Made by a program: the position numbers and the translations under genes. The notes beneath the pieces are model-generated. The model saw only the letters and a list, made by a program, of their open reading frames with translations. It was not told where the DNA came from and searched no databases. Shown here in pieces: positions 50,491 to 63,385 of a stretch of DNA of 64,000 nt (position 1 is the stretch's first letter; the number at the start of each line of letters is the position of its first letter). Source of the DNA: Narcine bancroftii (taxonomy: Eukaryota); contig NC_091478.1 in the NCBI RefSeq assembly GCF_036971445.1, positions 104,408,001 through 104,472,000 on the forward strand, in the 5' to 3' direction.

Positions 50491-52289
50491 ACTCATATGA
50501 ATCATGGGGAGAAGGTCGAACCTCCTTTCAGACAGCTCCGGATTTGTACCCTCGTTGCGGGTGCTGCAATAGCGCTAACTGCTGCGCTAACTGCTCTGTC
50601 CGCTTAATGAAATGAAATTAAATAAATATAATTCAAAACATGAGAGGAGAATTGATAACAGTGTCGCAGTCAGGCTGCACTAGAGAAGAGTTTGGAGGCT
50701 TATGACAAGCCTACAGACAAAGGAAATTGGGAACTGAAAATTCTGCTTAAAAGTTACAACTTCATCAAAATACAAGTCAATTGAAGTCGGGCACACGCTA
50801 GTGTTGACTGTGAATATTCTTCTGTGGGTTTCATTATTTATCCATTCATGATCATCGACGATCGGCGTAATACGCTGAGTATCACAAAGTGCATATTGCA
50901 TTATCTCCACCAATGATCTGCCCTTTGTATAAAGTGATTGTAAAAATCATTGGATTGGAGAGATTTTTTTTCCTTTATTCATTTCTAACCTGTAAATTGC
51001 CTCTTCTGAATTAATTTTACTTTTTAAAAGGCCATTTCATTCCAAAATGGGGCCCCAGTACAAGACCAAATCAAGATCAGTCTATCAGTTGACATCAGCT
51101 CAGCCGCACATTGTTTCTCTTGGCTTCAAACAGGACAGTTGTTTAGACAATATTTTTGAGCATGTCGTGCAAATTCAGCTGATGTAATGCAGAACCTTAA
51201 CACAGGTGTCCTGGACAGCAGGGTACTACGCAACAGGAAGTCTTGAGCAATAATGTGGGCTTGTGATATCAGGATGTGGTCAGGCAAACCTTGATTTACC
51301 AGCAATAGCAGGCACCTAACAAATGTCCCATTAGCGCACTTATGCAGGCATACTTGCCTGACTCCAACATGGCACAAAGCCACGCAATGTCATTTTTCTG
51401 TTTACGTTGACGCAATTTGTTAAGATGAAATTCCATCTTTGTGTCAGTTGCCGAGGCTTGTTTTAAGGGTTTGATGGACCCATTTGTGGAATGCACTGTT
51501 CGGAGTACTGAGGGAATATTTTCAAGACAGACAAATGACTTCCTCTGAACTGTGGGCAGTGCTCTAATTTGTAACTAAAGGGATCGCACTGGAACTGAAA
51601 TGTGACAGAATGATATGTGACACCACACATGTGAACAAAGCACCAGAAACATTCTTGAATTGTGGGGAGCCTTTTTGTGATTTTAAGTGCGATCAATTTG
51701 CCTTTTGTCTGACATAAAAATATTCGTCATTGATAGCCATCAGGATATGTTAGGATAATCCTCGTGGAGAGTAGGCTTATTTTTCATATGAGCATGGTTA
51801 TAAAACTATTATAGAGGCCTGCACTTTTTCCCTCAGCCTCTGTATGAGCAGTGTGTAATGCAATTGTTAAAGCTCTCGAAAGATAGGCCTGTCATCTGTT
51901 ATCAAAAGAAAGTGGTCTATGTCAAGAAAATCAGAGAATCATTGCAATCGGAGCAATGGAAAGTCAAGGGAAAAGAAGGCGTAAAGTCGACAAGATGCTC
52001 AACTTTTGGGTTCTTTCAAGGCTGATCAAAAAGCACCAGAACAACAAGGTGATGATCCACAAATCTCCGAGCAAACCACAGCTTGCACCAAAGAATTATA
52101 CTTCAAAGAATAATCTAACTAAAGAGGGTCTTCTCCCTTTAGTGTTATTTGGCAAATATTGGAATACAGCAAAGCAAGAAGTCAAAACACAATTTAATAA
52201 ATAGCAAGCCATTAGAATCCAGTAATTTAGGAAAAAAATGGCCTTCTAGGTTTTGAGAGTTACATTATGAGGAGATATTATTATGAACA

Positions 52290-52512
52290 TGTGATAGTAC
52301 AGATCTATCACCAATGTATGTAGTGTATATAGTTACAGTATCTAGACTGTGCTTACCGTGATTGGCTGAGAGCTAAGCCACGCCTATTGTCTGGGCCTTA
52401 AAGGGTTGTGTCCCTAGCCGGACTGGTCGCCCCCCTGTGAAGAGCTCCTGTCTTTTGCTAATAAAAGCCTTGGTTTGGATCAACATGTCTGATTCTTTCG
52501 ACGAGCTCTACA
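52290..52512 (+). mobile_element. Short solo LTR (223 bp) inserted in an old CR1 3' remnant
   Basis: TGTGA...CTACA; perfect 5-bp TSD GAACA (52285-52289/52513-52517); ATTGG box and AATAAA. Confidence 0.9.
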
Positions 52513-52729
52513 GAACAAGAGCTGTATTTTCTAGTATTTAGAATATTAAAGGATGGTTTGATTTTATCTCTTGAAATGTTTAAGGGAGTTGAGAGATTCA
52601 ATAGTCTGAAGAGGCTGGAATCTGAAGCATAAAATATATTACAAGAGGAACTCCGCAAGAGTTGAGACCCCCTGCAGGAGGGTGGAGACAAATGATTTGG
52701 GAAATCCAGAACTAAGGGGAAAATAATTA

Positions 52730-53045
52730 AGAACTGAAGATGCTGGAAAAACGAAAAGCTGGAGTGAACAAAGAAATGCTGGAGGAACTCAGCATTCATT
52801 TGAGAGAAATGGTCAGTCTACATTACAGTGTGGGTCTCTTTGTTGGAGAAAGAGAAGCGAGAGGGGCTCAAAGTGTAAGGCAGCAGGCATGGAGAGAACC
52901 ATTCAATCAAATCTTTGGGTTGGGATCTTTTATTGAGACTTCAAAAAGTCTGATAAAAGGTCCTAAAGCATTGACTGAGCATTTCTCTCCATGGCTGTTG
53001 CCCAACTTATTGAGCCCCTCAAACCTCTCTCTGTTCATCCACTGC
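52730..53045. mobile_element. Inverted Penelope-tail fragments
   Basis: aaatgctggaggaactcagc.. on the left, ..gtctgataaaaggtcc..ttgactgagcatttctctccat on the right. Confidence 0.6.
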
Positions 53046-54499
53046 TAAAGGAGATTGTCCAAAAAATAAAGGCATGCCTTTTAGAAATGGAATTAGAACA
53101 GAAGACATTTTGAAATTCATTTTCATAGGGCAAAATTTCTGGTGTTTGTGTTGCATATTTTTTTTCTTATCCTGAATTTAAAGTCATTTGGAAGTAATTT
53201 AAAAATGTTAGCAAATAAGCTCAGCTCATTGTCCCATGACAAAGGATTCAGAATGGTTTACTTCCACTAGATGCTGTGGGCCTGCTGAGTTTCCCCAGCA
53301 CTTTTTGTCTTGTGCAGTGAGCTGTTGAGGAGAGGACTGTGCCCCTCTGTTCAATGTAGCAGGATCCACCCCACCACCACAGCCATATGCTGTTCAGCGG
53401 CAACGGGCTTGTGGAGTTTCAGCCCAGCCTGTGTTCTTAAATACTTGAATATGAGAATGAACTTATCATCATACATGTATCAATACATGCTGCAGACCAA
53501 CAGGTACTTTGTAAAAAAAGAAATCAACAATATTATATAAAAAATTAAATTAAAAGGACATAATAAGTACAAAAGATAGATAAGTTAATAAATATTCACA
53601 GTTACCGCAATGCAAGAGAAAAAGAAATTAAAAACTTGTTAGCTTGTCAAAAACATGCTGCAAGCTGGTACAATAATCGTGACCCCAATTGTGTCTCCAA
53701 ACACAGACATAACCTGAGCGATAATTTTTTAAAATGTTTGAAGTTAATTAGAATGATGTTTTATTGCTGAATTGCCATGATAAAATAATGAGATACAAGA
53801 AAAATACTGTATGGGAAAACATACCCTGAGAATTAAATTCTTGTGTTACATTTAGATTAAACAAAATCCTTTTTAAAATATCCACAGTAAAACCACAACA
53901 AATCTGTGCAAAATACCTCTTTCATCGTAGAATCTGTGGACAATTATAAATTTACTTATCCTAAGGAAAATAAACAATTTGTTTTCAAATGAGGGATTGA
54001 TGGTACATAGTTTGATGCAGAGATAATTGCGTCGTGTTCTGTGGTTTCCTCAGCACTTCTACAATCTGAAGTATTAGAATGGATGGACGACAGATGAGTA
54101 ATGAACCAACCTGCCGCCCTCCCAAGGAGCCCAATGTATTTGGAACCAGGTGTTAATTTTAAGGTTAGAGCAGGCCAACTTTAGAGTTGAGCACATCGTG
54201 ATCATACTTAAAATGCTTGCAATTTAGGTGAAATTGCTTTCTTAAAACGGCTCACAAGTTAGAGCAAAAATATGAAAATGTTATTTGTTATCTGTCATCA
54301 CATTGATCTAATTGCATGAAACAGGCCATTTCCAAAGATCTCATAACATAGATCATGTCTCCTTTTACCTTCTGAACTTAGTTCCTTCCTTCATTATATA
54401 ATCATCTGTTTCGCCATTAAAAATATCCAATGAATTTGCTTCAACTGCCCCTTTCAATCTATTCATTAAATAAGAGATTTTAAGTTTAATTTTTTTAAA

Positions 54500-54735
54500 T
54501 TTGGAGATAAGATTGGCCCTTGCAGCCAATGAGCCTACGTCGCCAAAATACATCCATGCGAACAATTAACCTACAAACAACCACAAACCCCACACAGCTC
54601 TGGAATGTGGGAGGATATCGGAGCACCCAGGGGAAACCCACACGGACAAGGGGAAAATAAATAAATTCCAAACAGTGTGCTGGATTCGAACCCACGTCAC
54701 TGGCTCTGCGATAGCGTCGCACTCTCCACTGCCCT
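54500..54735 (-). mobile_element. HE1/V-SINE-like SINE
   Basis: ggagcacccaggggaaacccaca..ggattcgaaccc. Confidence 0.82.
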
Positions 54736-57449
54736 TAATTGTTGGATTTATCAGTGACCACCTCATTTTAGAATTTTTTTAAATGAAGCTTAATTTTTCT
54801 CATCTAAATATCTGGTATAAATTTACTACTTTCCCTTGAAAGGGCAATTGCATTATTTCAGAGAGATTCATAGGCAATTCTGACTTATTAAAGATGATAT
54901 ATTTGTCGAGTCTCATCAAATTGTTACTTAGTCAATGTCACAAAAGTGTTTTAGCAGTTTTGTTAATTACTGCATATGGTTCAGAGTTTAATATTATTTT
55001 TACATTTGATTTAAGATTACTGTGGAGCAAGACAAGGAAACAAACAATAATAGAAGCTTATATTTTCAGGTGCAACTTTTCGATTTGGAAGGCAAGATAT
55101 GATAAAATCAGATGACGAATTAAAAATAGTTAATTAGAGATTTCAAAACATAAAATAAATGCAATATGAATCAGAATTTATCTTACCTATTTATGCATTA
55201 AGAATTTAATTACAGTTAAATTTGCTGCATTAAAGTTTCCAGTAAAAGAAGAACTTGTGGGCATCAGCATTCAGAGTTGAAATTAAAAGAGACAGATTAT
55301 AATTCAATTTTATTCTAACTGTGCATATCAAAATTCCCAAAAAAATCCCTGCAACAAAATAAAAGCAAAACTCAATTGTGATACATCTTACAAATTAATT
55401 GATAGCCCTTTCTCCGCACCCCCCCCCCCCAACCTCCCCAAACAGGGCGTCAAATTATTTAAACAGGCTTTTCTCACATATTAATCTGACATGCCAGTGT
55501 TGAAGCGGCCTGTCTGGCTCTATCTATGCTCGATCATGCAGAAATTATTTACAGGCCTGTTGCTGTTATCAGTGAGCTGCAGCAGGCAGGGTCAGTCCAT
55601 CTGAATGATGTCACTAAGGTTATCTGATACTGACCAGTAGTGTCCCCCTGGCAGAGCTCTGTAGTTGGTTTGCATGTCAAAGGTTAACAGCCACAATGTC
55701 ACCAAGTGTAATGGGTTCAAATCACACCATTTCTGCTTGCAATCCTGCATAAAGGGCATATTGAGAGAAAGTAAAAAACAGCGGAGACTACCCTGTCTGG
55801 ACCGTCGCATGCTCAGATTGATACAGTGAAGGTCCAGTCATTGGGGAATGAGAACTCTCTTTATACAATGACTCCGCATTATGAGTCTAAAATAATAAGA
55901 CAATAAAAAGCTGCAGTAGGTTAAAACAACATGACAATCTCGTGGACCTTTTCTCCTGCCGTGGGACAGCCCACGCATTTATCTGCTATTTTACAAAAAA
56001 GCTTTTTCACTTATGAATGCATAAAAATAATGATAATAAAGATCTGAAAATAATTAAGTTTCTTGCATTGTATTTCTGATAGGGAGTTAACAAAAACATC
56101 TTCAGATTGTATTTTGCAGATTCTAAAAATTTGCTTCAAGACTGATTTGCAAAACAAGATAGAGTGAAATATGAAATTCTGCAGATGCTGTCATGTAAAC
56201 ACAATGCAGGTCACAGAGCATCCTTTATATAATAGAGATAAAGGTACATAAATGATGTTTTGGACCTGATACCTTTATTCTGTATAATTCTCCAAAAGTA
56301 GGTGCATTTAATTTTACAGAATATTCGTAGATACGAACAATCTCAGGGAAAAGCAATAATTAATGGTAACAGAAATTAACCTGCTAATTCGAGGACTCAT
56401 CAATTAAATAAGGGAACATTAACAATCAGCCATTTCTGATGATAGCACACCCGAACTTTGTTCCTTGCTTTCTATTTTGATCTTTAGAAGTTCAACTAAA
56501 GTAAAGGCTTGTGGAAAAAATATACTTGTGCATTATTAAACTAAATCGACGAGACTTCAATGACAGTAACATTTATTTTTAAATTAGAAACCACTAAAAA
56601 ATATATAAAATAGATTTTTTTTGTCATCATAATGAACTGGGTTCCAACCATCATTTAATTCCAACTTACAGATAGGAAACAATCACAGTTTCGGATCATT
56701 CACAACCATGCTCTTATACTTTGCTCTTATAGTTTATCTTACAGCAACTCCAAGGACGTTTTGAGATTGTAATGACTTGCAGTACAAAAGAATCCAAATT
56801 AAATATGCAACAAGATTTGCAAATTAAAGATGGTCTTGAAATAGTGTTGCCTTTAACCATGCATTATAATTACACCTGAATTATCACTGGACTGAATCTA
56901 CACTCCTGAATGACCAATATGATCCTATTGTGTTATATACTTAAAAGCATGATAAAAGAATGAGATATTTTTGGCAGATCTTAAATAGTTTGCTATTAGT
57001 CTCAGAATGACCCCATAAAGTCACATAAAATAAACTGTTAATCATTAATTTATTAGTCTAAAATGCAGAAGTACATTTAATGAAATGGCAAATGGACTGT
57101 TTCTGGTATATTTCCAGTGAAACAGAATATTTTGAAGGAAAAGACTATTGTAAAATTAGAAAATGACCAATTCTCCCTTTAAAATACAATCCCACGGGAT
57201 TTGGATGTGCTCTTGTAAAAGTCTATAAAGGTCCGAAAGCATCGTTAAATGCAATACCATTTCAATTTGCTCAAAGCTTTATTCCAAAAGCTAACAATGT
57301 TCAATAGGCTTAGTGACTTTGCTCTGTACATTACATTGTACACGGTATCTGAGCTATATTTAGTTCATTGGGGTACCTTTTAGTATATTTGATTGACGAG
57401 GGTATCCACCAGTATATTTTGATAAAGATTTTTCCATGACTGTGGGTGG

Positions 57450-57625
57450 TAGTGAGTAAGTATTTATTTAATTTGGCCTAATGTAACTAATTACTTGAAT
57501 GGGTAATATGACCTTTATATCATTCATGATGGGGGATTCTCAGACACTAATGACAATATATGTGTCATGCAATGGACATATTTAGAACTCGGAGTTAACT
57601 CCTTCTGCAGTTGCGTTGCCATTTT
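57450..57625 (-). pseudogene. Fossil hAT transposase fragment (Charlie/Buster/ZBED5-like CxxH region)
   Basis: MATQLQKELTPSSKYVHCMTHILSLVS, then in a shifted frame QVISYIRPN*IN; compare the Buster-family pattern TQIKELAPECK.THC.IHRE.L...VK.VNYIKANALNSR (recalled). Confidence 0.65.
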
Positions 57626-58579
57626 ATAAATCTTGAAATATTTCCTGATAACTTGCTTCTTGTGCCTAATGGTAGCTGGTATGCACTTCAATAAAACTAC
57701 AAAATTGCTCACGGAATAATAGCAAGAGCTTGTGCTACAACAGAAATCGGTAGAAGTAACAGTACTGGGGAAGGCCACAAAAGAAAGAATGACGATTGAA
57801 ACTAGATAAATCAGTGAAGATGAAAAAAAAGGCAACAAAAATTATTTCAACAAAAATCAAACATTAACCCAAGATGTGAAATGAAAGATGGGATGTAAGA
57901 GAAAAGGAATTATAGGGGAAATGTTCACAAAGAGCAACGCTGAAACAAGTCACAGCTTTTACACAGCAAAATAAAGGCCTAGGATTGGAGTGTGCGTTTG
58001 GAGAAACACTGATAAGAGATATTTTCAACAGATATCTGATCAGATAAATAGCTTCTCACCACTACTGCTCCACTGTATCTCCTTTGGAAAGAAAAATGGT
58101 GTAATGACAAGCAACAAAGAAAAATAGGAAAAGATGGATCCCAGGAGAAGGGAAATAAATCAATGAGCATATTAAAGAGATTAAGGAGAAAAGTTCATTG
58201 AAATAAACAAATGAAACAAATATATGCACACATGATAATTTCCCATCACTTTAACAATGTCTTCATCTATTTTCACTCACTTCATTTTCTTTCGGGTTCT
58301 ATCAGGTCTTGTTTATCTTTTGCCAGTGTTTATGCTTAGAGCTTTCGCTATAAATTTATGTTGCAAATAGTTGAAAATACAGATCTGCTGAAACATGCAA
58401 TCAACGCGCAAACTGCACCCCGTAGCTTCTGTGAGAATATTTTTGTGTCTATTTAATTACTTCAGTTTCCTCACAATTGTTGAGAAGCAAAAGCAATTCT
58501 AAAATATATTGAATCCTAAGCTGAATGATTCTTTTGTTTTAAAATGTCAAAATGATGATTCTATTTCTTTTTTTTTCTT

Positions 58580-59220
58580 CTTTTTAAAATATTTGTATCG
58601 AGTTTAACGTACCATCCATATACAAAATATTAAAAAAGATATTCCATCCCTTAATATTAATTGTGATTATCTAGTATTGTAATTATACATAGAAATCAAT
58701 TAATTACTATTACAACAAATCACAATATATCTTAATAAGATCTGAAAAAAGGGAAATATACAGGATAATTATAATTAAACCAACAAATCCACTTAACTAA
58801 AAGAAAAAAAGCCCTCAAACTAAAATCAAGATTACAAGAAAAATAGAAAGATGGATCAGGTCACGACCTCTGGAAGATGGACAGATAGCCTGCAGCACCC
58901 AAATCACCTAAAACTGGGAATTATGATAATATTCAATAAATGGACTCCACACCTTATCAAACTGAAACTTTTTAAAATCTTTAATACTATACCTTGTGTT
59001 CTCTAAGCTTAAATATGACATTACATCGTGTAGCCACTGAGTCGGGTGAGAGTTCGTCTTTTCATTTCATTAAAATTGCTCATCTGGCTATCAACGTACT
59101 CAAAGCTAGAACTTTCTCTTGAGATACCAATAAAAGTTTATCTGGTCCATGTGAAAAACCAAACAGGGCAGTTAAAGAGCAAGAATCTAATTTAATCTTA
59201 AAAATTATTGACAAAAGAAT
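58580..59220 (-). mobile_element. L1/Tx1-like LINE 3' end
   Basis: Minus strand ..ARXAILMK..QWLHDVMSYLSLE....FDKVWSPFIEY; T-rich end. Confidence 0.78.
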
Positions 59221-59475
59221 TAAAATTGCTACTTCTTTATATTGAACATTTAATGAAATTTTTCTCTCTTATTTCTAATTCAAAATGAATGCCAAACAAA
59301 CCTTAATTTCCTAACTTGAATGGAATTCTCTCTAAAATGGCATGTATATATACTGTAATCTTTTAAATTTTAATTATGTTTACAGATTGCCATAAATGTA
59401 CTTGTAAAAAGGAGAATCCAAAAAGTAACTCAATGGGCAAAGTCAGCTCCATATTCTCTCTACTTCCAAGATTAA

Positions 59476-59695
59476 GGGCGGCACAATTAGCATCGTAGTT
59501 AGCGCCAGTGATCGGGACCAGAGTTCAAATCCAACGCTATCTGTAAGGAGCTTATACATTCTCCCTGTGTCTGTGTGAGATTCCTCTGGGGCCTGCAGTT
59601 TCCTCTCACCATTCAAAATGTACCAGGGGCTGTAGGTCAATTGGGTGTAATTAAGTAGAAAGGGCTCATGGGCCAAAAGGGCCTGTTGTCTGTAT
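59476..59695 (+). mobile_element. HE1/V-SINE-like SINE
   Basis: gggcggcacaattagc..gagttcaaatcc..ctgtaaggag..gggccaaaagggcctgtt. Confidence 0.85.
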
Positions 59696-59869
59696 TTGTC
59701 TTCTGTGACCTTAAATGTAGGACAATGATTATCAAAGTATATTTAGATGAGGTTATGTGTTTGTACATAGACTTCATAGCAAGTGGCAAGATAGGATTCC
59801 AATCATATAGCTTCTGTTCCAGACAAACCACCTAGCATCGACATATTTTTGAAAGATTCACAGATCAGA

Positions 59870-60800
59870 TTGACAGAGAATGAGCAAAAACAAATTGCTG
59901 TAGGAGCTCAGCAGTCAGACAGCATCCATGGATGATAATGTCAGTCAAGTTTCAGGTCTGGACCCTTCTCATGACTAAAGTGAAGGGAGTCATATCTTGT
60001 TCATAAATGGGGAAAGTAGTTGGGGGAGGCCCCGAAGTTGATAGGATAAAGGGCGGAAGGAGTGAGAGGTGGTGGAGAGACAGGTAGAAGGAGAGGCAAC
60101 TCAGATTGAGGGGTGAGAAAAGTTAGAGAAAGGGAGGAAAATAAATGTAGGAATAGGTTAAAAAAAGAGTTGGGAATTGCGGGAGGGGGAATCTAAAATT
60201 AGTGAAGTCAGTGTTCATACCATTAGGTTTAAGACTGTCCTGGAAGAATATACTGTGTAGTTCCTCAAGTTTACGTTTGTCCTAATCCTGACAGTGGATG
60301 ATGTCAAAGGCAGATATATCACTACGAATGGTTAGGGAATTTAAATGGTTGGTTACAGGAAGCTCGAGCTCATAATCTCAAACAGAGTGTAGTTGTTCAG
60401 CAAAATGGTCACCAACCTGAGTTTTTTCTCACTGATGAGGAGGCCACACTGAGTACCTGGAATGCAGTAGATTAGTTTGAACAATGCACATGTAATGCAC
60501 ATCAGGCGTGAGTTTTTTTTCCACAGAGAGTTGGAGGACCTGGAATGCATTGCTGGGGTGATGGTGGAGGCTAGAAAAATAGGGGCATTTAAGACACTCT
60601 CAGACAGGCACATGAATGAAAGAAAAATAGAGGGTTATGAGGGAGGGAGGGAGTTTTTTTTTTGCCGGGTAGGTGCACAGTAAACAGTCTGCCCAGCTAT
60701 TGACATCAGGTGGCCTTTCCAATGGTTCATTACCTGCTGAGTTTCTTCAGTACATTTGTTTACTGCACTGGGCCCCAGGATCTGCAGGTTTTCTTGTTTA
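59870..60800 (-). mobile_element. Penelope-like remnant (minus 59870-60490, inverted tail ~60700-60800) with a CR1 3' piece (+, ~60505-60650) at the junction
   Basis: Minus strand KRKLEE.H.IF...KPNGMNTDF; CR1 piece FFHRE....WNAL.GVMVEA..I.AFK..DRHM. Confidence 0.75.
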
Positions 60801-61582
60801 TCAACATGAATTGCTTTGCTTCTCCCTAAATAACTGAACTAATTGTCCTCTTTGTCTACACAATTCATTTTCACAGTGTGAAGTATTGAGGCACAAAAAA
60901 TTCTTCAATTCTTTATAGTGATACATTTTTAAAATCAGACCTTCAACCATCCAGTGAGATGTACAGTCCGAGACCAAACTCAACATCTTGAAGAGCAAAT
61001 CATTCTTGGGATGACTTTCCCAATATTTTTTAACTTACTTTTATAATAGATGGCCTTCTTTTATCAATAAATACAATGTAATTTTGATGACTTAAGAGCA
61101 TGGAAATGCAGTGAGGCTCAGGATAAAGAACTTGCATGGTAAACTATCTACTAAGCAATTATTACATCACCCTTTGGTTCAGGAGACAGATGATGTTCAG
61201 GCCAGAGAATTGGGCCAAGATATTATATCATACAGTACAACACATTTATGTCCTATAACATGGAATTTAATCTAAAGCTTGATTGTTATGGATGCACGTC
61301 TTGTAGAATTTGATTGGAGCAGTATTCATGCACACAGAGGTTGCTGGGTAAGTTTGAGTGATAGCAAGGTAAATTACCTAATAATCATATGATATATATC
61401 TTCCACATGGTATGGATATTGACTGCATGTTTGGCCTTTACCTGGAGGAATGGCTTGCATTCTCATTACTTAAAGAATTCCTCCCCCCCCCCACTGGTCC
61501 CTCCTTCCTGGAAGGCTGGCAAGGAGACCTGTAGAGAAGACTCCATTTTCATCATCAAGAATATTTCAGAAGATAGTCTCTT

Positions 61583-61950
61583 CCCTTTTCTACTGGCTTA
61601 TTGTCCCAGGAATTACCGGAGAATTAACTGGGTCCAGTGGAAAAAGAAAACAGTCAGCACGCCAGCGTCAAATGATGTCATTTCACGCCAGGGATCGACA
61701 GCCTCGACCCCTACTCATATCCCCGGCATCAGCTGATGCCGGCGTGCCGATTAAACCAGTGGAAAAAGGACAGCAGAAAGACACCCATTTCCATTTGAAG
61801 GGAGAACACTCTGATCCCTGGCGATGAGTGTGTTCAGTGCAAAAGCAATTAGTGTCCCAGTTAAGGGTGGTCCAGTGGAAACAGCACAAAGGGCTTCCTA
61901 TCCTGGGACACGGCATGGCCAATTAAATGGGATGCCAATGGAAGAAGAGC
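61583..61950. mobile_element. Non-autonomous DNA transposon, PIF/Harbinger-like MITE
   Basis: Degenerate TIR CCCTTTTCTACTGGC / GCCAATGGAAGAAG; internal CCAGTGGAAA x3; CpG-rich; central 20-bp palindrome. Confidence 0.6.
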
Positions 61951-62575
61951 AAAATTGATGCCAAATTCCTTTATTTTCTCAGGATCCCAGACCACCCTCC
62001 CAATGCAATGGCCAATGTCCTATTGTCTGCAGAGGAGTGCACTCTCCCTCCTCGTGCATCCCCTGCCTCTCTGTTCTAGAGTGATGGTTCCCACTTTAAT
62101 AGCTCCAGCTTTTCTAGAAGTTTTGCACAAGACTCTATAATTTGATTTGTTTGCTAATGCATACATAAGTCATTCTAATTGACTCAAAACATAGTATGTT
62201 GTGTGCATTAGATCTTCTTTTCCTTGCAGTTCTCCCCAGAACTAGTGCGATCCCAGGGCTTGCAATGCAAGTTTTTACCCTTGAAAAACCAGTGGCAGCA
62301 GGATACATAGTCGTGCAAGAATTGCGTTTACCAGCCTTACAGAGACAAGTGAATGAGCAGGATTGGGTTTCAGAGAGCTGCGCCCAGTAGTGGAAGCAGC
62401 AAATTAGTGGACAGCTGCAAGTCTAAATTTATACTTTCCTTCACTACTTTCTTTGACTAAAGTGCCAAGGGCTTAAAAATTGTAACAGGTAATGTTGAGA
62501 GAGGAATAAGATTCCCAGTGTAATGTGCACTCTAAATTGAAGTGAGTAATTAAATGAAGAATCCAAAGGTGATTT

Positions 62576-62860
62576 ATGGCAGGAAACTCAGTGGAATGTT
62601 CTTCCTGCAATATGAAGGAAGTTCGGGATAGCCAGATTGACCATGTTGGCAGGATATGTGCCTTGCTGCAGCTCCTGAACGACTGCATTGCGCTACTGGG
62701 GATGGAGATGAATTTACTATGGGACATTCATGATGCAGAGGCCACTGTGGGTAGCTCACCGCACCTCAAGCAATGACTGCAGGAAAGCAATGGTTGACTA
62801 TCGAGCAATGTTGCCTGCATCTGCAAGTAGTACAGAAATCCCTCATGATGATCCCAGAGG
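62576..62860 (+). mobile_element. CR1 ORF1 N-terminal remnant (zinc finger / leucine zipper)
   Basis: MAGNSVECSSCNMKEVRD..C.LLQLLND.I..L.MEM..L..I.DAE resembles the start of shark CR1 ORF1. Confidence 0.78.
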
Positions 62861-62861
62861 C

Positions 62862-63208
62862 TCACCACAGGCACCAGTCTTCACTCCACCGAGGACATCT
62901 ACATGAGGCGGTGTCTTAAGAAAACAGTCTCTATCCTCAAGGACCCCCACCACCCAGGTCATATCCTCTTCACTCTGCTACCATCAGGAAGGAGGTACAG
63001 GACCCTAAAGATGAGCACACGGCGGCACAAGAGCAGCTTCTTCCCCTCCACCACCAGATTCCTGAATAATCAATGAACCCTGGACACTGCCTGACTTTGT
63101 CATCTTTTTCTTGTGCTATTTTTATTTATTTTGTAATGTGGTTTATATAAATGTTTGCACACTGCCGCAAAACTACAAATTTCATATCAATAAGTTCTGA
63201 TTCTGACC
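62862..63208 (+). mobile_element. Rex1/Babar 3' end
   Basis: TGTSLHSTEDIYMRRCLKKTVSILKDPHHPGHILFTLLPSGRRYR; tail ttctgattctga. Confidence 0.9.
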
Positions 63209-63284
63209 TGGGCCAAAGAGCGTCTCTATAATGTTCTATGTTAACTATATATGAATGAAAATATGTATGTACATCACAAAATGG

Positions 63285-63385
63285 AATCTTGATGAAGGGT
63301 TCCAGCCCAACACATGGACAATTATTTATTCCCCACTGATGCGGCAATGAATTCTTCCAGCTGATTGTGCTTTTCTTTACAAATT
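63285..63385 (+). mobile_element. Penelope tail with decayed hammerhead-like core
   Basis: TTGATGA-AGGGTTCCAGCCC-AACA followed by ..gatgc..tgaattcttccagc. Confidence 0.6.

Noticed and set aside
62569-62578. TGATTTATGG Pbx-Hox motif
   Set aside because: Overlaps the CR1 ORF1 start codon inside a TE; probably incidental.
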